Of a stretch of DNA of 64,000 nt, positions 11,221 to 23,811 are shown in pieces; position 1 is the first letter of the stretch; each line of letters opens with the position of its first letter. Source of the DNA: Felis catus (lineage: Eukaryota); contig NC_058368.1 of assembly GCF_018350175.1 (NCBI RefSeq), forward strand, positions 22,632,001 through 22,696,000, read 5' to 3'. The notes under the pieces are model-generated. The model searched no databases. It was not told the origin of the DNA and saw nothing but the letters and a program-made list of their open reading frames with translations. A program made the position numbers and the translations under genes.

Positions 11221-12390
11221 CAAAGGGCCGCAGACTGAGCCCCCGAGGTTGTGAAGAGAGGATGCAACCCTCTGGATTGGAAGAGTCTGCAAAATGTTTG
11301 TCCCTTGAAATCCCAGAGGCCCCAGAGTGCTGACCAGATATGTCTCCCTGACTCCCAAACAGGGACGTATCATTGAGTGCCTGGTTCTTGAGATCCAAGA
11401 CTGCTAACTTAATAGTTGGAACTGGCCCCAAATGTCATGGAAGGCATGTAAAGCTTCGTATACTTTCTGGCCTCCTGGGAACAGTTTTGTACTTTCAGAT
11501 TTTTTCCAAAGGGATAACGTAAATTAAGTTCTTGGAGACCAAAACAGAAATACAGACAAAAAGAATGGAGGTGACAACATCTTTTGATTGAGGAGCTGGG
11601 CTGGTCCCCAGGTTTCCAGAATAAATGGGGGCAGGAAGGCCCCTTTTCCTTGGAGTCAGCACTTTGGAGCATTCTGCTGCTCCAATCCCTCCCTTTCCCT
11701 TTCTCCCCGCAAAGTGCCTCAAGGTGCCCCAAAGTGCAAGTCACTTCGCAAACCACCAGGCTAATGCCCTTTGCCTTCCAAATGCCATTTACCTCCCCAG
11801 GCCTCATAGCTGACAAGTCAGCACCTTGACCCAGATCTGTAAAGCAGTAAATGTTGAATAGTATTTATGGCTCTGGAAGTACCCTGAGGAGGAAATTCTC
11901 TAATTCATTTTCTCTGTACTGTAGGGATTCTCCTTAACAGCTCTGGGGCCAGAGGGACTTTTCAGCCAGAGTCCCGGGGCCTGATAATTCACCCTGAAGG
12001 ATAATTGGAGTTTCTGCCCCATGGCCTACGCAGAGTTTTATTGTCTAATTCTTGTCCTCTAGTTAGGACTCCACATTTGGAAGTTGCAAAGCTCACAGAG
12101 CCCTGTCTTCCCAGGTCCCACCAACCTGTGTCTGATTCACCCTGGAACTCAGCAGGCAGAAAATTCAGTGTGTTGTTCATAGGCTTGTTGTGGGTTTCTG
12201 GAGTAGCTTGAAACCTCTGAGGAAGGGTCTTTGGATCTGGCCTGTGTTCCATACAGAGAAGACCTGAGTGAGCCCTTGCAGCAAGAGCGGGGAGGCTTTC
12301 ACAAGCAATCGTCACAACAGACAGAGGATCTCTGTGGTGACCGAGTGCACGGAACACTTTCTCCCTTGTATTTGCCTAAACTAAGTGGTT

Positions 12391-12409
12391 TATTTTTATT
12401 TTTTTATTT

Positions 12410-12454
<45 letters not shown>

Positions 12455-12623
12455 CGCGCACGTGAGCAGGGGAGAGGGGCAGAGGGAAAGGGAGAAAGAA
12501 TCCCAAGCAGGCTCCATGCCATCATGGAGTCTGATGCAGGGCTCAATCCCACGACCCTGGCATCATGATCTGAACCAAAATCAAGAGTTAGTCTCTCATC
12601 TGACTGAGCCACCCAGATGCCCC
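12391..12623 (-). mobile_element. Can-SINE
   Basis: Reverse-complement SINE with (GA)n; TSD CTAAGTGGTT/CTAAGTGGCT. Confidence 0.95.
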
Positions 12624-14750
12624 CTAAGTGGCTTCTTTTATAACCAAAATTTCCAGCCCCCCATCGCCATCTCTCCTCAGATTCTTCAGGAACCCACGGG
12701 GATACTGAAGGAGGATACTGCGAATTGGTCAGTCTCCCTGACCTGCCTGCTGACTCAATTCCAGAATGTTCAGAGAAAGTTCAGAAACCCCCAAAATAAA
12801 ATTTGAATTTCATTAATTTGATTTCCTATTTTAGCTCTAAAGACTAAGCACCTTATGATATCAAGCTTCCTAATCAGAATATTTTCCTAAAATCCTAGCA
12901 GTTGGATTGCCAACTTTTCAGTGATTTTGTCCAGCCGCTGATCCACATGTGCCCTTCAGTCTGCATCGGCCTTCCTCTCCTTTTAGCACCTTTCCCGACT
13001 CCTGTGAGCTTAAGGGAGCCGCCAGAGCTTTCCTGGCCCGGGCTCTTCCTAAAGCTGCTGGGCCCTCTTGAACTGTTGACTGTTAGGTCCAGTTTGGGAG
13101 GGGGGCTGGATATGTAGCACACACTGGCTGTGTTCCCACTGAAAGGGGAACTTTGCTCAGACCACAAAATGTGTGGTAAAATGACATCCACCGCCACAAA
13201 TGCACAGGGACAGACAGAAGAAGCACCATAAGAAAATGTGTATTGCTAGGGCAATAGCAAATTGCCACTAGGGCAAAGATCTGTATGGATGAAAAGTGAC
13301 CATTTGGAAAGCACTAGTGTGGCAAAATGTCAGAGGTCAGATGTCAGCATCAGACTTAGAGGTGAGCAACAGTTGCCTTTTTTTCTACCCCTTGCAGGTA
13401 AGCTTTTCTCCTCTGTTTGCTTGGTTGCTTTTCTCCTCTTGTTTATACATTCTCCTGTGACGTTCCTTTCTGGATAATTTTCCTGTGCAAAAAGGTGCCT
13501 ATGAATTTTGGACACTTTTGTGGATAATTGCCCCTTCAAATTGGACTTTCTTCACAATTTCATTCTTTATTGTGTATTTGGAGGGTACAAATGCTTCCAG
13601 AGAGCAAATTATCCCCAGAGGCATAGCAGGAGCTGAAGCCTAGCAGAAGGTCGGCATCTGAGCATGTGAAGGGGCCTCTCTCTGCCCCCAGGAGTGAGAT
13701 GTGTGGCACTATCTCTGACGTCCTCCTTCCACCTCTGTCTTTGCTTAATTTCCTTGTTTCATTCTCTACTATTCTCCCAAAGCTAGTTTTTCTTCCATGT
13801 TCTTCCTAACCAGTAACACTCAGCCAGTACAACAAACAAAGACAAATTGAACACAAAGAACCCCGAACACACAGGGACTACTCTGGGCTCCTTAAACATA
13901 TAACTTCATTTTTTTAAGCATTATTTTGACTACGTGCTATCTTTTCTCTGGCTCTTATAACTTTTCTCAGCTCTTTGTTAGTAATAATGTTAATAATGTA
14001 ATAATTCTATGACACGGATTGTGGATTTAATTTTATAAAAATACCTTGACAAATTTTTGTCCCCAAATGCCCTTCACCAGTGTATGCAGGAAGAATGGTG
14101 GTCTCTGTGATTTGCCCAGTTCCTGGCCTCAGGAAGGCCGCAGGGCCACTTTGCATCTGTCTCTGGTTCTCCAGTCTTCGAGTTGCAAAGACAGAAGAAA
14201 GACAGAAGCCAGCAAGTGTCATCTCAGAAGCCATTGCCCAACTCAGTCCAATAATTTCCTCATGACTGTGTCAGCATTAGGGACTTTCCTTGCCTGCAAT
14301 GAAAGTGCCTAAGAGCCATGACTCAGAGGCTCCCTCAAAGCCCACTCGTTCAAAATTAAAACTCCCTCTCTTTCTCTTCCCTCCTACCGAGGCATCTCAT
14401 ATTTCACCATCAAATTCACTCCTTAGAGCCAAGAAATCATTTACAAAGGGAGCTTGTTAAATGTTCCTTGTTTCCTGGAATGATATCGAGGCATTGTGAT
14501 GTCATAGAAAAACTTCAAATTGCAACAGGATCCAAATCCCAGCTCTACCCCTTGCTAACTGTGTGAACATTAGCAAGTACTCTACCTCTCAGAGTTATCC
14601 AGAAGACCAGGAGGCAACACAGGTGAAAGAAAGCCTCCGACACGAAGCTGCCCTGAGCCTGGCACAGTCAATGCAGTGTCATGACTAATGCAACTCTGCC
14701 TGTTGCCAAGGGAAGAAAAGCCTGAGAACTTTTTAGTATGCCGGATGTGG

Positions 14751-14830
14751 GATAATTGATAACAAATAGATAACAAATTGATAACAAATAGATAAATAAA
14801 AATAACAAATAGATAATTGATAACAAATAG
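14751..14830 (+). repeat. Degenerate 11-bp tandem repeat (GATAACAAATW)n
   Basis: GATAATTGATAACAAATAGATAACAAATTGATAACAAATAGATAAATAAAAATAACAAATAGATAATTGATAACAAATAG. Confidence 0.8.
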
Positions 14831-15089
14831 GTGTGTTTTGATATGTATGGAAAAATGGAAAGCCAAGGTAATGGCCCAGGAAGGTGCCCTAGAAAGCTGC
14901 CAGTGGCACGGGGGCAGTGGACACCCGTAGCCTAATGAGGAGAGGAGCCAGAGCAAACCACGGGCTTTCCTCCTCCCCTGGCCTGTCCTGCTGTCCAGTG
15001 TCTTCTCCAAGGCAGGCCTGGACTCATTACCCTCCCGTCTATGCTCTGGTATAGACATTACAGAGGAGCTGATGGCGGTCCCAGTACAG

Positions 15090-15715
15090 GTTGTCATCTC
15101 TCATCTGCACAAAGGACACAGTCTCCTGAATGGCTCCCTGCCCCCACTCTTGCTGTTCTCAGTTCATTCTCTACACAGTGGCCAGAGTGACCTTTCCAAA
15201 AGGCATATCTGACCATATTACTCTTCTGTTTATCACCATCACATCAGAATCAAGTTCAACTCCAGGCACATCACAATATGGATCTTGTCATCTGGCATAT
15301 TCTCTCCATTCCACTCCCCTCAGTAAAGTCCATTCCAGCCTCGTGGAACTTATTTCAATGCCCCCAACACACCTGGCTTTCTGTTGCCTATTCACTCTGA
15401 GCTCCAGCTCATCACCTGGCCATCTTTTACCCAATCTCAGGTTTCTTTATGACATCATTTCTTCCAGAAAAAGCCTTCTCTGCCCCCTGGAGGTCTTGGC
15501 TGGCTACTGCCCCACCTGGCCCTGCTGCCTCATGGGCTTTCTGTCCCAGCACCTACCCCATGGGCCAGCCATAGCTCCTGTCTATCCCCACCCACCAGAG
15601 TGGTCACCACTAACGGCAGGAGGAAGCCTCACTTGTTTACCACTGTATCCTCAGGCCCTAGCACGGCTTGTGGCACATAAACATGCTCAAATAAATGACC
15701 ACTGAATGAGCTAAT
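15090..15715 (+). mobile_element. L2 3' end
   Basis: CACAGTGGCCAGAGTGACCTTTCC...ACTGTATCCTCAGGCCCTAGCAC...CTCAAATAAATG..TGAATGA terminus. Confidence 0.85.
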
Positions 15716-16778
15716 GAAGGTATTATTCACCTCCCTCATTTTATGTCTCACAATAAATAGCTTCTAAGGAAAAGAATCCCGATGGTCTTTTGTAACAAAA
15801 TGACGTTTGCACATTTTTCCTCACCAACTTTCCACTTCTTAAATTCAATCTAGGCTCTGGGGACAGGCATACAGAATCAGTGGCATGGGGGTAGAGGGGT
15901 ATTGACAGAAAGAACCCAAATAGTGCTCTGTTCTAAACACTGTAGAAAGGGACACTGTATCTCTGAGGGCTGACAGTCGTTTTTCTCACTTTGTGCCAAG
16001 TTCCCCGTAGGGATTTGTGTCTGCCAGGAAAACGGACTTTAATCCTCTCAGAGAATTTATAAGAGAACAAAGTTATCGTTAAGGTAAAACTCAAAATACA
16101 ATGAAACCAACATCCTTTAAAGAATCGGCAATGCCCCCACGTACTCTGTAGACCATCATGTGTTCTGTACTAAACATGCAAAGACGGGAAATTGTTTTTT
16201 TTTTTAATGATAAAAAAATTCTTGTTTTTATAATGTACAATAAAGGTATGTATACTGGATCCTTTTAAATTCTTCCAGCTTAATTAATCTTTAAACCCCT
16301 GGAGCAAAGAGGCTGTGCTCCCCGCTTTCCCTCCACTTAATTCTTCTGTCTATCCCCCACCCCCACCCCTGTCCTGTCCTCCCTCCCTTCCCCTCTCTTT
16401 TTCCTTCTAGTTCTCTTCAAATCTCCTTCCCCTTTTCCTTGAAACCTCTCTTCAAAACACCAGAGAAACAAAAAGTTTACTTTCCTGACCCTGGCTCTTC
16501 TCAAGGACCCTTCCAACTTTTGAGATGCTTTGGTTCCCACTCACTGCTCCAGCTTCTACTAGCTCCCTTGTCAAGGGCATCAGCCTACACTGCCACTAAG
16601 TCATCTATCCGATAGGAAGAAGTTTTGCTTTAAATACTCTCAAACCTTGTACCGTTTTCTCCATGGGTCAGTTAATGATATAAAGAGGTTAATAGTTCAA
16701 CAGAGATAAACATAAGCTATTAGCTAAACTCCACATTCATTAATGAATTAATATATTTATGCCTTCCCATCTAGTCTT

Positions 16779-16965
16779 TAATTTCATTTATTTTTGAGAG
16801 AGACAGAGAGCTTGAGTGGGGAGGGATAGAGAGAGGGAGACAGAATCAGAAGCAGGCCTGGCACTGTTAGAGCAAAGCCCGATGTGGGACTGGAACTCAC
16901 CAACTGTGAGATCATGACCCGAGCCGAAGTCAAATGCTCAACTGACTGAGCCACCCAGGCTCCCC
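16779..16965 (-). mobile_element. Can-SINE
   Basis: Reverse-complement SINE; degenerate TSD CCTTCYCATCTAKTCTT. Confidence 0.93.
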
Positions 16966-18229
16966 TACCTTCTCATCTATTCTTAACAGAGCTCATGTAC
17001 TAGGTTTTCTGCAAGGACTCCATCCTCGGGCATTCTTGGTCAGTAGAAGGGTTGAGACCTGCACATAACTAACTCCAATACAAAGAAGGCAGTGGTCAGT
17101 GCCCCCAGTGGCCCTAGCACAGATATGGTGCTGGAGGTTCTGACATAAATTTGATAAGGTGCAATGGCAAAGCTGAGCAACCCAGACAAATGTTTGTCTT
17201 TCTCTCTTTGGCTGCTATGTTAAGGAGAGCCCACTGGGTAACTGTACAAGCTCTTGTTAGGCTTTTATCTTCCAGGCTTAGCCTTGGAGGACGAGTGTGC
17301 CTCCCAAGTCTGGTGTGTAAGACAAACTTGAAAAATGGGAGTCTCTGAATCCAGAATACACATGAGATACTAAAAATGCCCACGGTGATCCTGACACAGA
17401 GCAATGAGAACATTGCAAAAATATGTTATTTTTCTTCCAGAACAGGTGTTATTTATGTTGTCTTGTACCCTGATAACCCCAGGTGGGTAGGAAGGCAGAA
17501 TGCAAACAGATGCTGGGCTTAATTTTTATTCATTTGGAACATTCTGGAGCCCCAACCTCCCTAACTTTTAACCAATGCACTGGAAAAAAATCCATGTCTT
17601 TATAGCATTAGTAAGTTGAAATTCATAAATAGCTTCTCATCTTAAGAGTTTATGTGGGTGAGGTGGATGATAGAAATTTCTAGAGGTTTTGTTCATTTTA
17701 TGTTTCCCACAAATTACTTCTGCATTATTAATATAGTATTAAAAGAAAGATCTGGGTGGCTTGCCTGAAATTGTACCTCTCCTTCCCTTAATACATATTG
17801 ATCTCAGGCATGGGTCAGAGACAGGAAAATGTTTCAAATGAGCTATGTCAGCTATGATTTTGCTGGCCACCCATTAGAACAATCTGGGAAATTTTTGAAA
17901 AACAAACCAAAACAAAACAAAAGACTACTACACATGACTGGCTTACCTCTAAAATCTAGGTTTTAGTTATTTTAGGGATACTTTTTAATTGCCTCAGAAT
18001 CAGGTGATTTTGGCTGAATGTGCAGCTAAACCACTGAATCAGGTCCCAAAGAGGTAATAAACAGATTATACACATATGCTCTCAAACACACACACACTCT
18101 CTCTCTTTCTACCTCCAAGTAAAACCACTGACACCTACATTCTCAAATTTAACTTCCTCTCCCCCAATATATTGCCTCTCCCCTGAATGGGAAAAAGATA
18201 CATTTTACATAATAAAATGACCCAGTTGC

Positions 18230-18398
18230 AGGGTGCCTAGGTGGCTCAGTTGGTTAAGCGTCTGACTTCAGCTCAGGTCATGATTTCATGGTTTGTGAGT
18301 TTAAGCCCCACGTGGGCTCTCTGCTGTCAGCGCAGAGCCCACTTCGGGTCCTCTGTCTCCCTCTCTGCCTCTCGCTCTCTCAAAAAATAAACATTAAA
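18230..18398 (+). mobile_element. Can-SINE
   Basis: GGGTGCCTAGGTGGCTCAG head, short CT linker and AATAAA tail. Confidence 0.93.
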
Positions 18399-20235
18399 TG
18401 TCCCCGTATATAAAAAATAAGAAAGATGCTCTATGGCCAAAAGCAATGGAATGCTTGAGTGAGATGTAGCAAATCTCCTCAATGCAACAATATCCAGCAA
18501 TTTAAAATTACCATTATGAAGAATTTACAGCAATGTAGAAACAATTTATGCTCTAATGGGAAAAAAAATGATCATCAAGCAATCCACACTGTATGGACAC
18601 AACAGTGGAGATCAAACTAAAACTATATGCAGACATGCAAAAAAAGAATGAAAAGAAATACCCCCCAAAATGTCAATAGAGACTAGCTCAGTAGTGGTTT
18701 TTATTTCCTTCTACTTTTCTGTACTTTCCCAACATCTTTTAAACTGCCATGTATATGGTAGGAAAAAAGTTTACACTAGAACAAAATTAACATACTTTTC
18801 AAAAGTCATTCTTCCGACTATGAAGTGATAAGCAAGGTCTAATTCTCAGTAATGAATTAACAAAGCAAAGATGAAAATGCTCACCCAAAGGTTTCTGTTT
18901 CAGCTGGCTTTGCTTCGGTCTTCTCTATTCCTCCCACCTTCCTCCTCCAAGTAATCCAGCTTGTTCAGAAGAAAAGTGAAAGAGCAAATTTAGTTTATAA
19001 ACAGTTTCAGCTCACAGCAAGAAGATAAGGAACTTTGGTCAGCTGGTGTATCTGTGCTTTACAAGATTTGGTGTGGGTGTTGGTCTGGCTTCCTTCTCAG
19101 GAAGAAGAGGGAAATATTTCAGCTAGGGACTACCTCTAAAAGGAAGAAACCTTTTAGGGATTAGCCCTGTCTCTCTAACACTGTTTTTATTAGCATCTTT
19201 TCCAACAGATCCGGGGAATGTGAGGCGTTAGAGTCACCAGTATTAGGCAGCTATTGGTTCTCCTAAATGGTTTTTGTTCCCATGACAACACTAACATCAA
19301 TGTCACCTCATATGCCTTAGAGGTATAGCACTTTAGAGTTGTTTAGAGCATTTCCCATTACCCACTTGCTTTTCCGATTTATCTGCACATGGGTGGAGGC
19401 CTTCCCCATTCTACTGCAAATACTGTGTTGGAGGTCACCAATGACACTCATGTAAAAGGTCCTTGCTCAGTCCTCATCTTCCTTCCCCAATTTGTTGCAC
19501 AGTTAACCAAAGCCACTTTCTTGCAACTTTCTCCTTTTTGTTTCTCTGACTCTCCTTGTTCTTTTTCTACCCCTTCAGTTGCTTCTTCATTGCCTTCCTT
19601 TCTGATTCCTTTTCTTCTACTGCTTTTCTAAATGTGAGCTTGCCCCAAAAGTCTGTCTTCTGACCTCTTCCTACCATATTCTCTTGCTTTTATGTATGTT
19701 GTCCACATCCATGGCCACATTTAATATGGCCTCTCCCAAGCATATACTCCCCCAACTACCCCATCTAATAAATGGCACCACAATGGTTCAACCAGTTATT
19801 CCGTCTGTAAACCTAGAAGTCATTCTTAACTCCTCTCTTTCTCCCACAACCATATCCAAGCCAAACAATTCTATTTGTTCTAGCAACAAAATGTGTCCTC
19901 AATCCAACCATTTCTCACTTTCCCAGCCCCCATTAAAATTCTCATAGTTTTTTGGATAGAATGTTGCAGTAACATTAGACAAGAAATAACAGACATCCAA
20001 ATTGGAAAGAAATAAGTAAAACTATGTCTGTTTGCAGATAATATAAAATTATATGTAAAAAACCCTAAAGATGCTACATACAAAATAAAATCTGTTAGAA
20101 TAAACATTCAGCAAAGTTGCAGGATACAAAGTTAACACACAAAAATCAGCTTGCATTTCTATATGTTAAAAATGAATAACCCAAAAGGAAATTAAAGAAC
20201 AATTCCAATTATAATAACATTGAAAAGAATAAATA

Positions 20236-20360
20236 GGGGTGCCTGGGTGGCTCAGTTGGTTAAGAGTCTGACTTAAGCATCCTTGGCTCATGGGTTCGAA
20301 CCCCGCATCAGGCTCTGCACTGAAAGTGTATAAACTTTAAAAAAATAAACATTTTAAAAA
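20236..20360 (+). mobile_element. Short Can-SINE variant lacking the CT-rich linker
   Basis: tRNA-like head joined almost directly to the A-rich tail, about 125 bp. Confidence 0.85.
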
Positions 20361-21284
20361 GAGAACAAATAAATAAGGTATTTAGGTATTAATTAAGGAG
20401 ACTTATACACTGAACACTACAAAACAGTGCTGAAAGAAATTAAAGAAGACATAAATAAATGGAAAGACATCCCATGTTCATGGGTTAAAAGACTTAATAT
20501 TATTAAGACATCAATAATATCCAAATCAATCTACAGATTCAATACAATCCCTAATAAAATCCCAATGATATTTTTCTCAGATGTAGAAAAATCTATTCTA
20601 AAATTCATATGGAATCTAAAGGACTCCCAAATAGCCAAAACAATCTTGAAAAAGAACAAAGTTGGAGGACCAATACTACCTGATTTCAAAACTGACTACA
20701 GCACTACAGTAGTGAAAAACAGTATAGTCTTGGCATAAAGATAGATAATAGCCTAATGAAGTAGAATAGAGATCTCAGAAACAAACTCACATATAGAGTC
20801 TAATAACTTTTAATAAGGGTGCCAAGACCATTTATAGGAAACGACAGTGTTTTCAACAAGTAGTTCTGAGAAAATTGGATATTCACGTGTGAAAGAATGA
20901 AGTTGGACCCTTACCTAACACCATATACAAAAAATTAACTCAAAATCGTTCAAAGATCTAAGCAAAGGAGCTAAAACTGTAAAACTCTTAGAAGAAAACA
21001 TAGAGGAAAGCTTCGTGGATTTTGCAATGATTTCTTGAGTATAATACAGATTTTAAAAGAAAAAATAGACAAATTCGACTTTATCAAAATTAAAAACTTT
21101 TGTGCATCAAAGGACACATCAAGGGGTAATAAGTCAATCCACAAAATGGGAGAAAATATTTGCAAATCACATATCTGATAATGGATTAATATCCAGAATA
21201 AAAATAGAACTATAACTCAACAGCAACAAAAACTAACAACCCAATTTAAAAGTGGGCAAAGGACTTGAATATAAAGAATATAGA

Positions 21285-21504
21285 GGGGCGTCTGGGTGGC
21301 TCAGTCAGTTAAGCGTCCGACTTCAGTTCAGGTCATGATCTCACGGTCCGTGAGTTCGAGCCCCACGTCGGGCTCTGGGCTGATGGCTCAGAGCCTGGAG
21401 CCTGTTTCGGATTCTGTGTCTCCCTCTCTCTCTGCCCCTCCTCCGTTCATGCTCTGTCTCTCCCTGTCTCAAAAATAAATAAACGTTAAAAAAATTAAAA
21501 AAAA
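21285..21504 (+). mobile_element. Can-SINE (SINEC_Fc)
   Basis: Near-consensus SINE; TSD AAAGAATATAGA at 21273-21284 and 21505-21516. Confidence 0.97.
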
Positions 21505-22112
21505 AAAGAATATAGAAATAGAAAATATACAAATGGCCAACGAGCACATGAAAAGATATTCAACATTACTAACCATGATAGAAATGCAACTCAAAACCAC
21601 AATGAGGTGCTACTTCACACCCATTAAGATGACCGTTACCCAAAAAAGAAAAAAGAAAATAACAAGTGTGAAAAGGAAGTGAAGAAAACAGACTCTAGTC
21701 CATTGTTGGTAGGATGTGTGTGGTTTCTCCCAAAAAATTAAAAATAGAATTACCCTCCATATGATATGGCAATTCTACTTCTGAGTATATGCCCCAAAGG
21801 ATTGAAAGCAGCTATTGCACAACGAGGTACATTTTAAGAGCCATTTGTACACTCATGTTCATAGTAGTATTATTCACAATAACCAAAAGGTGGAAGCAAC
21901 TAAAGTATCCATTGATGGATGAATGGATATGCAAAATATAATATATACATACAATGAAATATTATTCAGCCTAAAAAAGGGGGGAGGGTTCTGACACATG
22001 CTACAACATGGATGAACCTTGAGGATACTATGTTAAGTGAACTAAGCTAGTCACAAAAAGACAAATACTGTGTGATTGCACTTTTATGAGGTATCTAAAG
22101 TAATCAAATTCA

Positions 22113-22540
22113 GGAGCCTGGTGCGGCAAGTTGGCACCAGCTACATATTTGTGCCCCTTCTCCAAGCTGCTGGCTCTAGCCAAGTCTCCCAAGCAGCTCT
22201 GCAGTGCAATCAAAGTTCTACATTTGGGAGCCACCACATAACAGACCTGACTGGCTGCAAGTTGGACTGACCTTGGGCACCTCCATCTTCTTGTGAATCT
22301 ATCTCATCAAACAACATAATGAAGGTGTTTTAGAGTATCAGAGAAGAAATGGGCTGGAATAAACCTCTGAAATACTAACACAGTATGCTCTATATAGTGA
22401 TTATACCAGTTTCTTTGGATTCACCAATCTGTTGAGTTGTAAATATGAGAGAAAAAGTTATCTGTGACTGTATGTCAAATCAGCATTTGTGTTTTGCATC
22501 ATTAAATGAAAAAACAAAAATACTTCCGTATTCTTAAATG
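22113..22540 (+). pseudogene. NDUFC1: Processed pseudogene of NADH:ubiquinone oxidoreductase subunit C1 (CDS-equivalent 22131-22362)
   Basis: Reconstructed (L)[74 protein letters not shown] aligns end to end with NDUFC1 (..[50 protein letters not shown]). It is intronless, with ATG>TTG, a +1 nt frameshift at about 22185 and W55>TGA at 22294. ATTAAA at 22501; flanking repeats AAAGTAATCAAATTCA / AAATAAGTCAAATTCA. Confidence 0.95.
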
Positions 22541-22951
22541 AAATAAGTCAAATTCATAAAGACAGAAAGTACAAGGGTGGTTGCCAGAGGCTGAAGGAAG
22601 GGGGAAATGAGGAGTTATTGTTTAATGCGTATAGATTTTTGGTCTTATAAGATGAGAAAAGTTTTGGAGGTGGATAGTGATTGCATAACAGTGTGAATGT
22701 ACTTGATGTCACTGAACTGTAACGTAAAAACGGTCAATTTTATGTTACATAGATTTTACCACAATTTTTAAAAATAAGTAATTTTTAAAATAAATTAGAA
22801 AAAGTCCAAAAAAAAAAAAAAAGAATGCTGTATAACATCCTACCTAGTTGTCTTCCTGTTTCCACCCTTGTTATTCTACCCTTGTTTTTCAAGAGTAAAT
22901 CAAATCACATCGTCTCCTGCCCAGAACTCTGCAATGGTTTCCCAATATTCT

Positions 22952-23740
22952 TTTTTTTTTATATATATGAAATTTATTGACAAATTGGTTTCCATACAAC
23001 ACCCAGTGCTCATCCCAAAAGGTGCCCTCCTCAATACCCATTACCCACCCTCTCCTCCCTCCCACCCCCCATCAACCCTCAGTTTGTTCTCAGTTTTTAA
23101 CAGTCTCTTATGCTTTGGCTCTCTCCCACTCTAACCTCTTTTTTTTTTTTTTCCTTCCCCTCCCCCATGGGTTCCTGTTAAGTTTCTCAGGATCCACATA
23201 AGAGTGAAACCATATGGTATCTGTCTTTCTCTGTATGGCTTATTTCACTTAGCATCACACTCTCCAGTTCCATCCACGTTGCTACAAAAGGCCATATTTC
23301 ATTTTTTCTCATTGCCACGTAGTACTCCATTGTGTATATAAACCACAATTTCTTTATCCATTCATCAGTTGATGGACATTTAGGCTCTTTCCATAATTTG
23401 GCTATTGTTGAGAGTGCTGCTATGAACATTGGGGTACAAGTGGCCCTATGCATCAGTACTCCTGTATCCCTTGGATAAATTCTTAGCAGTGCTATTGCTG
23501 GGTCATAGGGTAGGTCTATTTTTAATTTTCTGAGGAACCTCCACACTGCTTTCCAGAGCGGCTGCACCAATTTGCATTCCCACCAACAGTGCAAGAGGGT
23601 TCCCGTTTCTCCACATCCTCTCCAGCATCTATAGTCTCCTGATTTGTTCATTTTGGCCACTCTGACTGGCATGAGGTGATATCTGAGTGTGGTTTTGATT
23701 TGTATTTCCCTGATAAGGAGCGACGCTGAACATCTTTTCA
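22952..23740 (-). mobile_element. Young 5'-truncated felid L1 (ORF2 C-terminus plus 3'UTR)
   Basis: Uninterrupted ORF2 C-terminus ([27 protein letters not shown]) at 23740-23187; poly(T) on +; perfect 13-bp TSD TTCCCAATATTCT at 22939-22951 and 23741-23753. Confidence 0.96.
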
Positions 23741-23775
23741 TTCCCAATATTCTCAGAATAAACATCCTTATAGTC

Positions 23776-23811
23776 AAAAACAAAGCAAAACAAAACAAAA
23801 CAAACAAAAAA
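23776..23811 (+). mobile_element. Solo poly(A)-derived insertion with TSD
   Basis: A-rich tract (A4-5C)n flanked by the perfect direct repeat ATCCTTATAGTC at 23764-23775 and 23812-23823. Confidence 0.75.

Larger units (their letters stand above)
19976..22821 (+). mobile_element. 5'-truncated old L1 (L1MB-like): ORF2 RT/C-terminal relic plus 3'UTR
   Basis: LSLFADN (YADD/FADD-box relic) at about 20022; ORF 20427-20738 [19 protein letters not shown]1MB-type 3'UTR and poly(A); degenerate TSD AGAATGTTGCAGTAACAT (19958) / AGAATGCTGTATAACAT (22822). Confidence 0.92.

Noticed and set aside
15130..15705. 191-aa ORF
   Set aside because: Lies entirely in a decayed L2 3' end; no recognisable domain.
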